A stretch of DNA of 64,000 nucleotides from Candidatus Nanoarchaeia archaeon (GCA_028714095.1 JAQTMY010000002.1:14636-78635); one strand, 5' to 3'. Shown: positions 30,037 to 40,536, counted from the stretch's first letter. Notes: generated by a model from the sequence alone, not told the origin. Made by a program: numbers and translations.

Positions 30037-30552
30037 ATGAACCATAAATTATTAGGCATTATTTTAATCGTAGCAAGTTTAATCCTAGGATTGGTTGTAA
30101 TAACTTTTAATTCTAGATTAAATGCCCAGGCAGACCTAAGTTGCAGCTGTACAGAAATGCAAAACGGAGGAGTCTGTGCCCATGAACAAACCTCAACATG
30201 GCCAACCTATTTAGGAATTATTCTTTCAAGTATTATAGTTGCTTTAGGAGTTTATTTAATTTTCTTTGAGAAATCACAAAGACAAATACTTTCAACCTTG
30301 GAAAAACAAAAAGAAACCTCTACTGAAGAAGAAAGATTTAGTATTCTGCTTAAAGGTTTAAGTGATGACGAGAAAAAAATAATAAAAGCTGTTAAGGAAC
30401 AAGACGGGATAACACAGCAAACCTTAAGATTCAGAGCAGACTTGCATAAATCAAAATTAAGTATACTTCTAGACGGTTTAGAGAAAAAAGGTCTGATTAA
30501 GAAAGTTTTGAAGGGAAAAACCAACCAAGTGTACCTTAAAATCAAGATATAA
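30037..30552 (+). CDS. Membrane protein with a C-terminal winged-helix domain
   Basis: Two TM helices, a CSCTEMQNGGVC motif, and a C-terminal MarR-like wHTH. Confidence 0.4.
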   Translation: MNHKLLGIILIVASLILGLVVITFNSRLNAQADLSCSCTEMQNGGVCAHEQTSTWPTYLGIILSSIIVALGVYLIFFEKSQRQILSTLEKQKETSTEEERFSILLKGLSDDEKKIIKAVKEQDGITQQTLRFRADLHKSKLSILLDGLEKKGLIKKVLKGKTNQVYLKIKI

Positions 30553-30663
30553 ACGATAAGCTCTTAGAATTTTAATGATATAAACGATTAAGATATGTCA
30601 GTTTTGACGCTAACCTCTATATCTATGCTTTATTTTCTAATTTGAAACTTATGGAGGTTTAAA

Positions 30664-30876
30664 ATGAAAAAGAATGTATTAATTGCAGGCGCAGTTGCTG
30701 TATTTTTGGTAGTAGGCTTGGTTTTTGCTTCAACTAACCTATTTGCTGATGATACAGTTAAAGACGTAAAAGAAGCTAAGTTAACAGGGTGCAGCAGTGG
30801 AAACTGTGGAAAAGGATCCTGTGATGGGAGTTGTGGAGGTAATTGCGGAATAGCTTCATGTGGATGTGGCAAGTAA
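30664..30876 (+). CDS. Small secreted Cys/Gly-rich peptide (signal peptide plus CSSGNCGKGSCDGSCGGNCGIASCGCGK)
   Basis: GGAGG RBS. There is a signal peptide and nine Cys in the last 30 residues. Confidence 0.45.
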   Translation: MKKNVLIAGAVAVFLVVGLVFASTNLFADDTVKDVKEAKLTGCSSGNCGKGSCDGSCGGNCGIASCGCGK

Positions 30877-30887
30877 TTGCCACTTTT

Positions 30888-31589
30888 TTATTTTTTAAGT
30901 TCTCTAAGATTTTCATATACTTTCTTTATTTCTTTATCAATGGTTGAATAAACAATTCTTCCAGCATAAAATCCTCTTATGTTCCCTCCCTCCCCTAATA
31001 CAAGTGGAAATGAATCTGGGATATGATAAGAAGCTCCAATTGAAGAATAATGTCTTGCATTTGGATGTGTTTTAAAACCAAATTTCTTGATTAACTTTTT
31101 TTCTTCAGCACAGTTTGGATATATGTCTTGGGGATTTACCCCAACTAATTTTACGTTTGTTGCGATGATTTTTCCTTGGTTGTTTAAAATAATCGCTAAA
31201 TCCTCTTTAGCAATTTTTTTAAGATCTATTCTTCCAGCCTCATTAAGTTGTGTGAGATATTGATCAACGCAGGGTCTTTCATAATTTCCCCCAAAAAGGT
31301 GATTTTTATTTTGTTTTGAAAGATCGTCAAAATTTAGTAAGAATATATAAGCAGGAGCATGACCCAGCTCATTTATAATCTCGTCAACAATTCTCTGAGC
31401 ATGATGACTTGATTGTGGTTCCTCAACTTCTTTTATTTTTTCATAATAAAGCTCATTATGATTTCTTAATGCTTCAATGGTTATATCATAAGCACATAAG
31501 ATTGTTTCTTTTTGAATTAATCCTAATCTATTTACAACCTCTTCTAATAACTGTTTTTTCTCTTTTATGATATTTAGTTCAAGAATCAT
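30888..31589 (-). CDS. Hypothetical protein; the C-terminal half weakly resembles a diadenylate cyclase (DAC) domain
   Basis: AYIFLLN resembles the IGALIVI region and HPNARHYSSIGAS resembles the RHRAA region. The DGA motif is not conserved. Confidence 0.3.
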   Translation of the reverse strand: MILELNIIKEKKQLLEEVVNRLGLIQKETILCAYDITIEALRNHNELYYEKIKEVEEPQSSHHAQRIVDEIINELGHAPAYIFLLNFDDLSKQNKNHLFGGNYERPCVDQYLTQLNEAGRIDLKKIAKEDLAIILNNQGKIIATNVKLVGVNPQDIYPNCAEEKKLIKKFGFKTHPNARHYSSIGASYHIPDSFPLVLGEGGNIRGFYAGRIVYSTIDKEIKKVYENLRELKK

Positions 31590-31803
31590 GCTATTTTATA
31601 AAATAAAACGGTTAATAAACCTTTATTACTACTATCAGTTACATAAAAGTTCAATAAAAACAACTAAAAAATGATAAAGACCAAACTAAATCAAGATTCA
31701 AGGATAAAAAGTCTTATAAAAAATTAAAAAGAGACAATTTCTTGCTTTTTTTGGTTAAATAACAAAGAAAACCTAATTTAATCCTATAAACCCCCCCATA
31801 ATT

Positions 31804-32676
31804 TTAAGACTTTTCAATCCTTTCCCTAAGTTCTTTGGACGTTTTTTTATAGTGTTCACCTAATTCATGGAAAGTATTCTCCATGAGAGATTTTACCTGA
31901 GGCAGTCTATCAAATATATTCTCAGAGATTCCCATTACTTTTTTTATTGAAGCTAAATTTGTCTCAGTTTTCCATCTTATATTCTTCTTCTCAAATCCGT
32001 CCACTAATTCTTCTAATTTTTCAAAAGAACTGATAATACTGTTTAAGAGAAGTTCTGTATCTAAAGGTCCTAGCCCTTTTATAAATTCGTTTTGGTCTGG
32101 TCTTGTTATTGAATTAGAAACCTCTCTTAAGGTATCTCCAAAAGAAGAGATGTAAAATTCGAGGTCATGTATCCTTGTTTTTTTAATGATCCCTTCTTCT
32201 ACCTCACTTATAAGATGATTTATATTCTGTCTGAAAAGCAATAAAGATGAACGTAGCCTATTTATCTTTTCATGGAAGGATATTTCATACAGCTCAGCCA
32301 TAATAGCATCCTGCTTGATTGAAACAAGTTTTGAGGTTACGACTGCTAAAATCAATAAACCAAAGATTAACTCGACTATAGAAACCATCTTGAAGGATCC
32401 AGCAGGTACTATATCTCCAAATCCAGTGGTTGTTGCTGCAACAAAACTGAAATAAACTGAATCTCTTAGACTATCCACTTTCTTTTGAGTTGCAGAATAA
32501 TGTAAATTTGATTTATCCCCAGCAAAAACATAATACAGGAGCCCAAAAAGTAGAACAATGCATATCCAAACAACTAAAATTTTAGTAAAGGTTACCCTGT
32601 CAAACCAGGACCCAATCTTTTTTTTCCTGATAGAAATCCCAGAATTAATTACCCCTCCTTTTAAAGCTCCAAGCAT
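31804..32676 (-). CDS. Potassium-channel family protein (2TM pore with a TTGFGD selectivity-filter-like motif)
   Basis: FVAATTTGFGDIVP lies between two TM helices. There is a cytoplasmic C-terminal domain. Confidence 0.6.
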   Translation of the reverse strand: MLGALKGGVINSGISIRKKKIGSWFDRVTFTKILVVWICIVLLFGLLYYVFAGDKSNLHYSATQKKVDSLRDSVYFSFVAATTTGFGDIVPAGSFKMVSIVELIFGLLILAVVTSKLVSIKQDAIMAELYEISFHEKINRLRSSLLLFRQNINHLISEVEEGIIKKTRIHDLEFYISSFGDTLREVSNSITRPDQNEFIKGLGPLDTELLLNSIISSFEKLEELVDGFEKKNIRWKTETNLASIKKVMGISENIFDRLPQVKSLMENTFHELGEHYKKTSKELRERIEKS

Positions 32677-32745
32677 ATATTAGGTAATTATTATACCCAT
32701 TTAAAAATATTCTTATTCAAAAAGATATAATTAAAAAAGAAAAAA

Positions 32746-35535
32746 TTAACAGGAAGGTTCTTGACTTCCTGCACATGCTAATGTCACATATTTTTGTGCT
32801 GCTGGTAAATAAATAAACTTAAGACCAATAGTGGATATTCTTTCCAGCAAGTCTATCTGGGAGGTCCCACACGAGGCAAAGTCAAATGCTTTTCTTGCAC
32901 TATAGTCTCCTGCTTTGAATGTCATAGCTTTGCTTACACAAAGATGGCATCCTAGATGTTCTTGCCCCGATATTGCCGCATCTTGTGTACAATATCCGTT
33001 ATATTGTGTTCCTCCGAGAGTATCTACCACATAATTTGGACATTTACATTCAGCATATCCAACTGTGATATCTTCATTACAGCTTCCTGCAATGTCTAAT
33101 CCAATGTAGTAACTGTCTCCTACCTTATAGGTATATGCTGTGGCGTCGCAGTTAGTATTTGTATATCCACATTTGCCATTTTTACATACAGAACCTGCAG
33201 GACAGGATTTTGTAGCTATACTACATAAATTATTTTCACAATAATAGTCTTTCTGTATGTAGTTAGTTGAACAACCATCATTGTATGTTCCTGTTGAATC
33301 TTTACAAGTTCCTATTGTATCAAAGTTCTTCTTCCCATCAGAGTCTATACATACTGGAGTTTCAGGTTGTTTGCATGCTCCATCTTCACATCCCAATGGA
33401 CACTCAATGAATTCACATTTCTTTGTTATGTTTTCACAATAATACTCTAATACACTAGTATCTGTTTTTGTTCCAGTACATGCTTCTGGATTTTCATCAA
33501 TCCATCCTCCATCAGGGGCAACAATCTCGATTTCAACAACTTCATCATTGTAATCCCAGTCTGAATACTGTTTTTTGTTGTTCCTGATATACTCTCCAGG
33601 CAAGTCCTCAAATCCGATACGCCACTTTGTGTCGCTTAGTTGTGTAACTATCCCATAAGATTTGTTTGTGTATGGGTCTAGTTGACCTTCTGCATAATGG
33701 TCATAAATTCCTATCCCCCACTTGTTTCCATAAACTCTTATGAAGAAGTTTAACTTGTCTCCTTGATGATAAACAGTTTCCCATATAGTATTTTGTGCAA
33801 TTTTTTTATTTTCAGGGAATATTTCTACTGGCTCTGGATCAGCATCCATGAAGAATCCTGAAACTAATTCTGCACTAGAGCCTAAATAAGTTATTTTTAG
33901 TTTACCTGTCCTTGGAATGCTGATTGCATAGTCTTTTCCACAAACATCTATGTATTCATTTCCTTTGTAGGTTAGGTTTCCTTTAAGGTTTACATTCTTT
34001 CCATTGTCTGTTTCTTCACATGAGCCAGTATTATTTATTGTAGTGGAAACTGATGGGCTGCATAGTGGGATCCAGAATACCTCCTTATCATACTTCCCAT
34101 TGTAGGCCGGACTTTCAATTGTAACTCCATTTAATGTAGTTATATTATCGATTCTTGTTCCGAACTGAAGCCCTTCCCATATTAATTCTGTTGCTTCTGC
34201 ATTACTTCCACTTGCTCCAAGCGAGGTAATTCCTTTTTTTCTTGCCCATGATAACTGCATTAATTCTTTTTCTGAAGGGTTATTTTTTTGATAGATTTCC
34301 AAATCTATCCTTAGATTATCTTTTACTTTTCTGCCTAAGTTTTCCCATAAGAATAATTCTGCATTAACCCCGTCGTTTGGAATAATCTGGGCAAATCTGT
34401 TTCTTTCTGGTGAGGTAATGAACCCAGCATACTGAACCTTATTATTGGCCCAATAATAAACAAATAGTTTGGAGCTTTCTAAAGCACTAGTGGATGGATT
34501 AACATCGCTTACCCATATCTTATTTGTTTTTTTATCTCCCTTGTCACTATTATCTCCATCCAAAAATATAGGGTTAACTACGAGGGAATCTTCTATGTTT
34601 GAATGGATATAGACAGTTTTTACAGAAGATAATCCCACACACCCGCTGCAACTATCACTTAGATCTGCTTTAACATCATATTCAATTGTTAATCTTGAAT
34701 TCTTTATTTGGTTACTGCATTCAACTTCTTTAGGTTGTTTGCATGCTCCATCCACACATTTAAGTGGGCACGTAACGGGTTCCTTTTTGTATTTATCACT
34801 AACCAAATTACAAGACCATTCATACAATGTATCTTGTTTTTTATTATGACAGTAATCAAAGTAGACATTCTTTTTGTAAGACATATTCCCTTTAACATAA
34901 ATATTTCTTCCGTCTGGGTTCTGTTCTGTTGCATCTGTATCTGAGCAGGACCTTATGCATGCTCCATCCGAGCAACCATTGGCACATTTGATTGGCCTCT
35001 GTTTTGAAGTGTCTGTTTGTGGATCGCAATACCATTCATTTAATACGTTTGATTTTCCAGGAACACATTCATCTGTTTTTTCTTGATTCTGGAATGTTAC
35101 AGTTCCAACTGTAAATGGGTCTTCTCCAGTTGGGAAATTTTGGTTCATATCTGTATCAGAACATCTTCTTATGCATGCTCCATCTTCACACCCGCCAGGA
35201 CATTCAAATAATTTGTAAACTCCTTTGTTTTTTTTACAGTAAAACTCTTTGACTTTTGTTTTTTCAGCATCACACTCATCAGAAGCAGAAGTCTGACCTA
35301 TAGTTACAGTTCCATTTACATATATTGAACTCCCTCCTAAGTCAGAATCTGAATCAGTACAAACTACTTTAGCAGCATATCCTGCTAAAGTTTCATTGCT
35401 ACTTTTCAGGCTGGTTCCTATTATAATTGATGCTCCTGCAAAAACAACAAGTATTGTTGAAACAAGAAGAATCGTATATAGTTTTTTATTATGATGACTT
35501 TTAGTTTTAGAACTATTTTTTCTAGTTTTTTTCAC
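32746..35535 (-). CDS. Giant (929 aa) secreted Cys-rich repeat protein, putative surface adhesin
   Basis: A signal/anchor sequence, then recurring ~60-aa modules that end C-x-[GLA]-G-C-x-DGAC (CPGGCEDGACI, CANGCSDGACI, CPLKCVDGACK, CPLGCEDGACK). Confidence 0.6.
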   Translation of the reverse strand: MKKTRKNSSKTKSHHNKKLYTILLVSTILVVFAGASIIIGTSLKSSNETLAGYAAKVVCTDSDSDLGGSSIYVNGTVTIGQTSASDECDAEKTKVKEFYCKKNKGVYKLFECPGGCEDGACIRRCSDTDMNQNFPTGEDPFTVGTVTFQNQEKTDECVPGKSNVLNEWYCDPQTDTSKQRPIKCANGCSDGACIRSCSDTDATEQNPDGRNIYVKGNMSYKKNVYFDYCHNKKQDTLYEWSCNLVSDKYKKEPVTCPLKCVDGACKQPKEVECSNQIKNSRLTIEYDVKADLSDSCSGCVGLSSVKTVYIHSNIEDSLVVNPIFLDGDNSDKGDKKTNKIWVSDVNPSTSALESSKLFVYYWANNKVQYAGFITSPERNRFAQIIPNDGVNAELFLWENLGRKVKDNLRIDLEIYQKNNPSEKELMQLSWARKKGITSLGASGSNAEATELIWEGLQFGTRIDNITTLNGVTIESPAYNGKYDKEVFWIPLCSPSVSTTINNTGSCEETDNGKNVNLKGNLTYKGNEYIDVCGKDYAISIPRTGKLKITYLGSSAELVSGFFMDADPEPVEIFPENKKIAQNTIWETVYHQGDKLNFFIRVYGNKWGIGIYDHYAEGQLDPYTNKSYGIVTQLSDTKWRIGFEDLPGEYIRNNKKQYSDWDYNDEVVEIEIVAPDGGWIDENPEACTGTKTDTSVLEYYCENITKKCEFIECPLGCEDGACKQPETPVCIDSDGKKNFDTIGTCKDSTGTYNDGCSTNYIQKDYYCENNLCSIATKSCPAGSVCKNGKCGYTNTNCDATAYTYKVGDSYYIGLDIAGSCNEDITVGYAECKCPNYVVDTLGGTQYNGYCTQDAAISGQEHLGCHLCVSKAMTFKAGDYSARKAFDFASCGTSQIDLLERISTIGLKFIYLPAAQKYVTLACAGSQEPSC

Positions 35536-35660
35536 ACAAACCCACCTCTTTTAAATATAATAAAATTTAAGTTCAAGATAATATTTAAATATTTTGTTTT
35601 ACTTCTATATGGTTATATCCCAATTAAATTTATAAATTCAAAAAAATATTAAGAAATCTC

Positions 35661-35864
35661 ATGGAAACATCCAAAAAAGTTTCTCCAAGGGAAAAAGAGA
35701 TAGAATATATCTGCAACTCTTGTTTATACCCTTTCAAAAGGAAAGAATCTATCAATGTGACAGTTTGCCCTTACTGCGGTAAGAGAAATTCAGTTGAGCC
35801 AAAAAGCCTTAGGAGTGCCCAGGCCCTGCTAGATGAGGCTATTGAGAGAGATTCTAATTTATAA
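35661..35864 (+). CDS. Zinc-ribbon protein
   Basis: CNSC...CPYCG. Confidence 0.4.
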   Translation: METSKKVSPREKEIEYICNSCLYPFKRKESINVTVCPYCGKRNSVEPKSLRSAQALLDEAIERDSNL

Positions 35865-35903
35865 ACAATTTTTATTTATTTTTCTGATTTTAATTCTGCA
35901 TTA

Positions 35904-36335
35904 GTGAAGATAAATTTAAATAATAGATTATTATTAACTTTTACCATGCCAACTCTAGTTGTTAAGTGTAGACAATGTGGGAGATCTGCTCCTGCAAATG
36001 AGTTTATTCTAGATCATATCTACAGAAAGATGGTATGCCCAATGTGTATTAAGGATAGGCATGAAAAAGAAAAAGTTCATGAGGAATTTAGGCTGGAAAG
36101 AGAAACAAAATCTCAGAAATCAGAATTATTAAAACCAGAATCTCAGGCTATAAATCTTAAAAAAGATTTTAAACTAATGCAGAGACCACTCCAACAGGAA
36201 AAACCCATAGAGGATAAACAAAATCAAAAAAGAAGGTTCAAATGCACCAAATGTACTTTTGAATTCCCCTATAATCCAGCCACAAAAACTCCATTGAGAT
36301 GCCCTTACTGTAATTATACAATAACTTATCCTTAA
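35904..36335 (+). CDS. Double zinc-ribbon protein (paralogous to the preceding ORF)
   Basis: CRQCG...CPMC and CTKC...CPYCNY. Confidence 0.45.
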   Translation: MKINLNNRLLLTFTMPTLVVKCRQCGRSAPANEFILDHIYRKMVCPMCIKDRHEKEKVHEEFRLERETKSQKSELLKPESQAINLKKDFKLMQRPLQQEKPIEDKQNQKRRFKCTKCTFEFPYNPATKTPLRCPYCNYTITYP

Positions 36336-36829
36336 ACCTTTGTTAGATCAACTTCACAAAAGAAATAGTCTTCTCCAGATTCTTCCCAGTTAGGGTGGGT
36401 ACTTTTTATTACTGCTCCAAACTTCTTAATTAAAGACACAGAACTGTTCTGCCTGAAATGTCCAATTAAAATTTCAAATCCCTGTTCTTTAGCAACCCTT
36501 ACAAATTCCTTTGTTAACTCGTAACCAAAACCTCTTCCCTGATATTCTTTCTCAATAACAATATTATATAAATAAATTATTTTTTTGTTTCTGTCATAAC
36601 CATATTCATCAAATTCCTCGTCGATTAAAGTTGCTCCAATGATATTTCCTACATAATTATTATCAAGGAAACCCAAAATTGCAATATTATTTGGGTCCAA
36701 AAGCATATCCTTGTAATCTTCTATACTTGATCTTATCTTTTCTGGAAAGATTTCCTCAGAGTGAAGAAGATAATTCTTGTATTCTTCAAAGTTTGCCTCG
36801 TCCAACTCCTTGAATGTAAGCTGCCCCAT
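36332..36829 (-). CDS. GNAT family N-acetyltransferase
   Basis: QGRGFGYELTKEF is the acetyl-CoA-binding motif. Confidence 0.7.
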   Translation of the reverse strand: MGQLTFKELDEANFEEYKNYLLHSEEIFPEKIRSSIEDYKDMLLDPNNIAILGFLDNNYVGNIIGATLIDEEFDEYGYDRNKKIIYLYNIVIEKEYQGRGFGYELTKEFVRVAKEQGFEILIGHFRQNSSVSLIKKFGAVIKSTHPNWEESGEDYFFCEVDLTKV

Positions 36830-36845
36830 ATTAGCTCAGAATTAT

Positions 36846-38138
36846 TTAGAGTTCTCTTAAATACCCCCAAGTATGCAGTTTATCGCAGTCCTCAAACCAT
36901 CTTTCCCCTATGTCATCCCTGTAATACATGTGTGGGATCATCACGTTTTTTATTTTGGTGTATGCCTGGTTTATTGCCTGTCTCATAGTCTGCCCTGTTC
37001 CACAGACAATTAAGATTACTCCTGTCTCTCCAGCAATAACCCACTCATCATTAACTAATTTAACATCCTCTATATGAATCCCTTCTGTTGATGGTTTCTT
37101 AAAGTGTATAACCGCATCTTTTGATTTAACCTCAAAAGTTTCTGGGTCAGTGAATGGAAAAGGAGGAACAACTATTCTAACCCCAACCTGGAAACCAGAT
37201 TTTGTTTTTAATTTTGGTTTTTCCCCTCTTGCTAGGTCATACATAAATTCTGCTATTGACCCAGTCATCCCTTCTTGTTGTATGCTTATGGTTGGATATC
37301 CAAATCTAGTTGTCCATTCCAAAGGATAAATTCCATTTCCATTTACAATACAGTTAATATCAATATATCCTACATATCCTTCTTCAGCCAGTTTAGGTTC
37401 AAACTTTTTCAAAGTCTGATTAAATATCCTGTTTGGACCACTCCAGAACATTGAGGTTCCCATCTCCCCTGTAGAAGGCCCAAGGTTTCCTGGAAATAAT
37501 TTTTTATGCTCAAAATTAACATTTATTGGATAAACAAATTCTTTTCCATCAAAGAAAGCACCAACCGCTACCTCTACCCCGGTCATTCTTTTTTGCAGTT
37601 GGAATGCAGGAATCTTCTTTGCTCCCACCTTATTATAATCAGAGAGCACCTGTATTACATCCTTACCATCTTCCTCCTCCCCAATGAATAAGAGTCCTTT
37701 AAGGTTTTGTGCTTCTCCATTGGGCTTAATAACATACTTACCCGGATTTTCTTGTACAAATTTTATAGCATCCTCAAAAGAGGTAAATTCATAGTGAGGA
37801 ATTATTGCAATATCATATTTTTTAAGTTCTTCCTGGCCAAAAGCTCTGTCGTCTTCTAACATATCTGTATAGGCTGTCCCACCAACAACAAATTTTCCTT
37901 TTTTACGCAGTTTCTCAGCTTTAGCCCCTTGTCCTAAAACATCGTCGAAAATAATAATATCTGCCCAGTCAACTTCCTTTTCCCAGTCCTCAACAAAAGG
38001 AAAAAATCCAGTTCCTACATCTTTATCTTCTTTGGAATGAGTGTAATATTTAACATTATGTCCCTCTTTAGAAATCTGCCATGCTAAGTCTACGCTTAGG
38101 GCATCTAATGATACAAAAAGGAAATTTTTTGGTTCCAT
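36846..38138 (-). CDS. purD: Phosphoribosylamine--glycine ligase (divergent)
   Basis: HKKLFPGNLGPSTGEMG resembles the PurD signature DHKR..GD.GPNTGGMGA. ATP-grasp motifs are present, and the C-terminus carries YYRDDIG. Confidence 0.7.
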   Translation of the reverse strand: MEPKNFLFVSLDALSVDLAWQISKEGHNVKYYTHSKEDKDVGTGFFPFVEDWEKEVDWADIIIFDDVLGQGAKAEKLRKKGKFVVGGTAYTDMLEDDRAFGQEELKKYDIAIIPHYEFTSFEDAIKFVQENPGKYVIKPNGEAQNLKGLLFIGEEEDGKDVIQVLSDYNKVGAKKIPAFQLQKRMTGVEVAVGAFFDGKEFVYPINVNFEHKKLFPGNLGPSTGEMGTSMFWSGPNRIFNQTLKKFEPKLAEEGYVGYIDINCIVNGNGIYPLEWTTRFGYPTISIQQEGMTGSIAEFMYDLARGEKPKLKTKSGFQVGVRIVVPPFPFTDPETFEVKSKDAVIHFKKPSTEGIHIEDVKLVNDEWVIAGETGVILIVCGTGQTMRQAINQAYTKIKNVMIPHMYYRDDIGERWFEDCDKLHTWGYLREL

Positions 38139-38234
38139 TTATCTTTTCGTGTTTTAATATAAATTTACTATTTATAAATTTTCCTGATTTCTTAAAATTT
38201 GTTTATATCTGGAGTTGAAAAAATAATAAAAATT

Positions 38235-38867
38235 TTATTCAATATTACAAAAATCCATCCAAGGAGTATTATATAACATGTCTGGAATTTTATTTAGGCT
38301 TTCTTTTCCGCCTTCAATAGAGTAGGTTAATATCATACTCTTCTCAGACTTATTTATATTGATGCATATCAGTTTATTTTTTATGCTATTTTTTATGAGA
38401 ACATCTTTAACCTCTTTCTCAGAAACTATTTTACTTGTTTTAATAACCAATTTTTTCTGATAGGATCCAATCCCTCGCTCTTCAAGATTTTTATCTATAA
38501 GCATAATAATCCATATTATTAGATAAACTCCTATTCCCATGAAAAATTGACCAATCCCAATTAATAATCCAAAAATTGCAAAGACCCATATGGTTGCTGC
38601 AGAGGTAAATCCAAATATTTTATTTGTAGTTTTAATTAAAGCCCCTGCTCCTAAGAAACCTATCCCTGTTACTATTCCGCTTAGTAATGGTAGTGGATTT
38701 TGTGGGCTTAGTGTCATAGCAGTTATTGCCAGTCCGCAAGAACCAACAGAAACAAAAACAAAAGTACCAAACCCAATTGGTTTATGTGCTTTATGTCTTT
38801 CTAATCCGAATAATAAGGCTAGCAGGAATGTTGCGCTGAATCTAATGATTATGTCTAGTTGCTGCAT
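38235..38867 (-). CDS. MgtC/SapB family membrane protein
   Basis: LFGLERHKAHKPIGFGTFVFVSVGSCGLA matches the MgtC N-domain. Confidence 0.7.
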   Translation of the reverse strand: MQQLDIIIRFSATFLLALLFGLERHKAHKPIGFGTFVFVSVGSCGLAITAMTLSPQNPLPLLSGIVTGIGFLGAGALIKTTNKIFGFTSAATIWVFAIFGLLIGIGQFFMGIGVYLIIWIIMLIDKNLEERGIGSYQKKLVIKTSKIVSEKEVKDVLIKNSIKNKLICININKSEKSMILTYSIEGGKESLNKIPDMLYNTPWMDFCNIE

Positions 38868-38931
38868 GAAGAATTTATTTATCTGATTCTATATTTAAAT
38901 TTAACTGTGTAAACTTGGAAATCATTCCAAA

Positions 38932-40536
38932 TCAATGTTTTCCTTTAAAATAAATCTTACCAGATGAGAATGAATCATATCCAAGAATCGGATCAGAAAC
39001 ATAGCCCCCTGAATTAAGGATGTGGGTAGATTCCCCGACAGCAAGGTTTCCAATAACCATGTTTGGGATTATTGTTGCGGCTTGTCCCTGATTCATGCAG
39101 CTGTTTCTCACTAAATCTGGAAAATTTTCAAGTACTAGCTGGTCATTTATGCTCTTGGTTTTGTCTGGGACAAAAATTGCAACCTGTCCCTGATGAGTTC
39201 CTACTCCGGTGTCAATGTAAGGAATATTATTTTTTACCGTAAAATCATTTAGCCACATTCTTGCATACTTATTATCAAAACAGCCAAAAATTAAATCATA
39301 TTTTTCCTTTAATAGTCTGTCTTCTGTAACTAGTCCTATCCCTTTTTTCAACTGTTCTTCGTTAGGAATAAAGAAATCTTCAGAATATTTATTCCTGAAT
39401 CTCTCGTTTAATACAGAATATTCCCCAACCTTTCCATAAATAAAATTAGATTTAATTCTTGGATTTATCTCTTTTATCCTCTTGGAAACAATTTCTGCTT
39501 TTTTCCCACCAATCTCGCCTCTTAAAAGAATCTGTCTTGGTACATTAGTTGATTCTATCGTATCAAAATCAAGTATGTCTATCTTGCCAATGCCGAGTAA
39601 AACCAAACTCAATGCAACAGAATTGCCTAATGCACCCGCTCCAGCAACCAAGACCCTTTTCTCACTCCAAGATATCAGGAAATATTTTTCTAAGTCTTCC
39701 TGCAACCCCTGCCTGTTTTTTGTTGAATATAAGTTATAGATAAACCTCTCATTGCTCCTTAAGTTCTTATCACTCCTTGCTTGCTGAAAATTATATTTCC
39801 TAATCTCATCAGCTACTAATCCTCCAATAACCCCGCTGGTAAATCCTATTTGTGTTAAGTTGTTAAATTCCAGATTTAGGATATAATCCAGATTTTTATT
39901 TCCGCTCATTGGCCAATAAATTCCATAAGTTCCTCTATAGTCATCAGCAGAAGCAGAAATCATTGGAATTTTATTTTTTACTGCATAATCCAAACAAGTT
40001 TCCTTTGAATAACAGTCATTTGTTGCATCAATAATAATTTGGGGGTTTAATTCAGAAGCAAAAGCTTTGTTAAATTTTGAGAATCTTGGAGTTATTCTTG
40101 CATGGGTATTTATTTTTTTTAGTTCATTGGCTATTAATCCCACTTTTTCCTTGCCAATCTGTTTGTAATTTTTAAGACACAAAAAATCATTCCTATCCCT
40201 CTCGCTAAACCTCTTGTTATCCATCAAGTAGATATTCCCTATCCCAATCCCAGCAACACAGCTAGAAATTATTTGTGATAAGCAGCTAGAACCAACAACC
40301 AAAACCTTGCTGTCATATAATCTTTTTTGTCTTGCCCTGCCTAGATTTAATTCCTGTCCCTCAAATTCACTTATTATTTCATTTTTCTTTTTCTCATCTT
40401 TTATTTTTTGGATACTATCATATTTTTTTATGGCAAGGCTTTCATCATACCCCCAAGCTCTATAGGTTCTTTCATCTTCAGAATAAATAAAATTAGTTTC
40501 TGTCATTGTCGAAGATCCTCCACTCAGAAATTCCAT
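38932..40536 (-). CDS. E1-like enzyme with two tandem ThiF/MoeB Rossmann domains (a degenerate first domain and a canonical second domain)
   Basis: Domain 1 has VLVVGSSCLSQIISSCVAGIGIGNIYLMD and IIDATNDCYSKETCLDYAV. Domain 2 has VLVAGAGALGNSVALSLVLLGIGKIDILDFDTIESTNVPRQ and FGCFDNKYARMWLND. Confidence 0.7.
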   Translation of the reverse strand: MEFLSGGSSTMTETNFIYSEDERTYRAWGYDESLAIKKYDSIQKIKDEKKKNEIISEFEGQELNLGRARQKRLYDSKVLVVGSSCLSQIISSCVAGIGIGNIYLMDNKRFSERDRNDFLCLKNYKQIGKEKVGLIANELKKINTHARITPRFSKFNKAFASELNPQIIIDATNDCYSKETCLDYAVKNKIPMISASADDYRGTYGIYWPMSGNKNLDYILNLEFNNLTQIGFTSGVIGGLVADEIRKYNFQQARSDKNLRSNERFIYNLYSTKNRQGLQEDLEKYFLISWSEKRVLVAGAGALGNSVALSLVLLGIGKIDILDFDTIESTNVPRQILLRGEIGGKKAEIVSKRIKEINPRIKSNFIYGKVGEYSVLNERFRNKYSEDFFIPNEEQLKKGIGLVTEDRLLKEKYDLIFGCFDNKYARMWLNDFTVKNNIPYIDTGVGTHQGQVAIFVPDKTKSINDQLVLENFPDLVRNSCMNQGQAATIIPNMVIGNLAVGESTHILNSGGYVSDPILGYDSFSSGKIYFKGKH

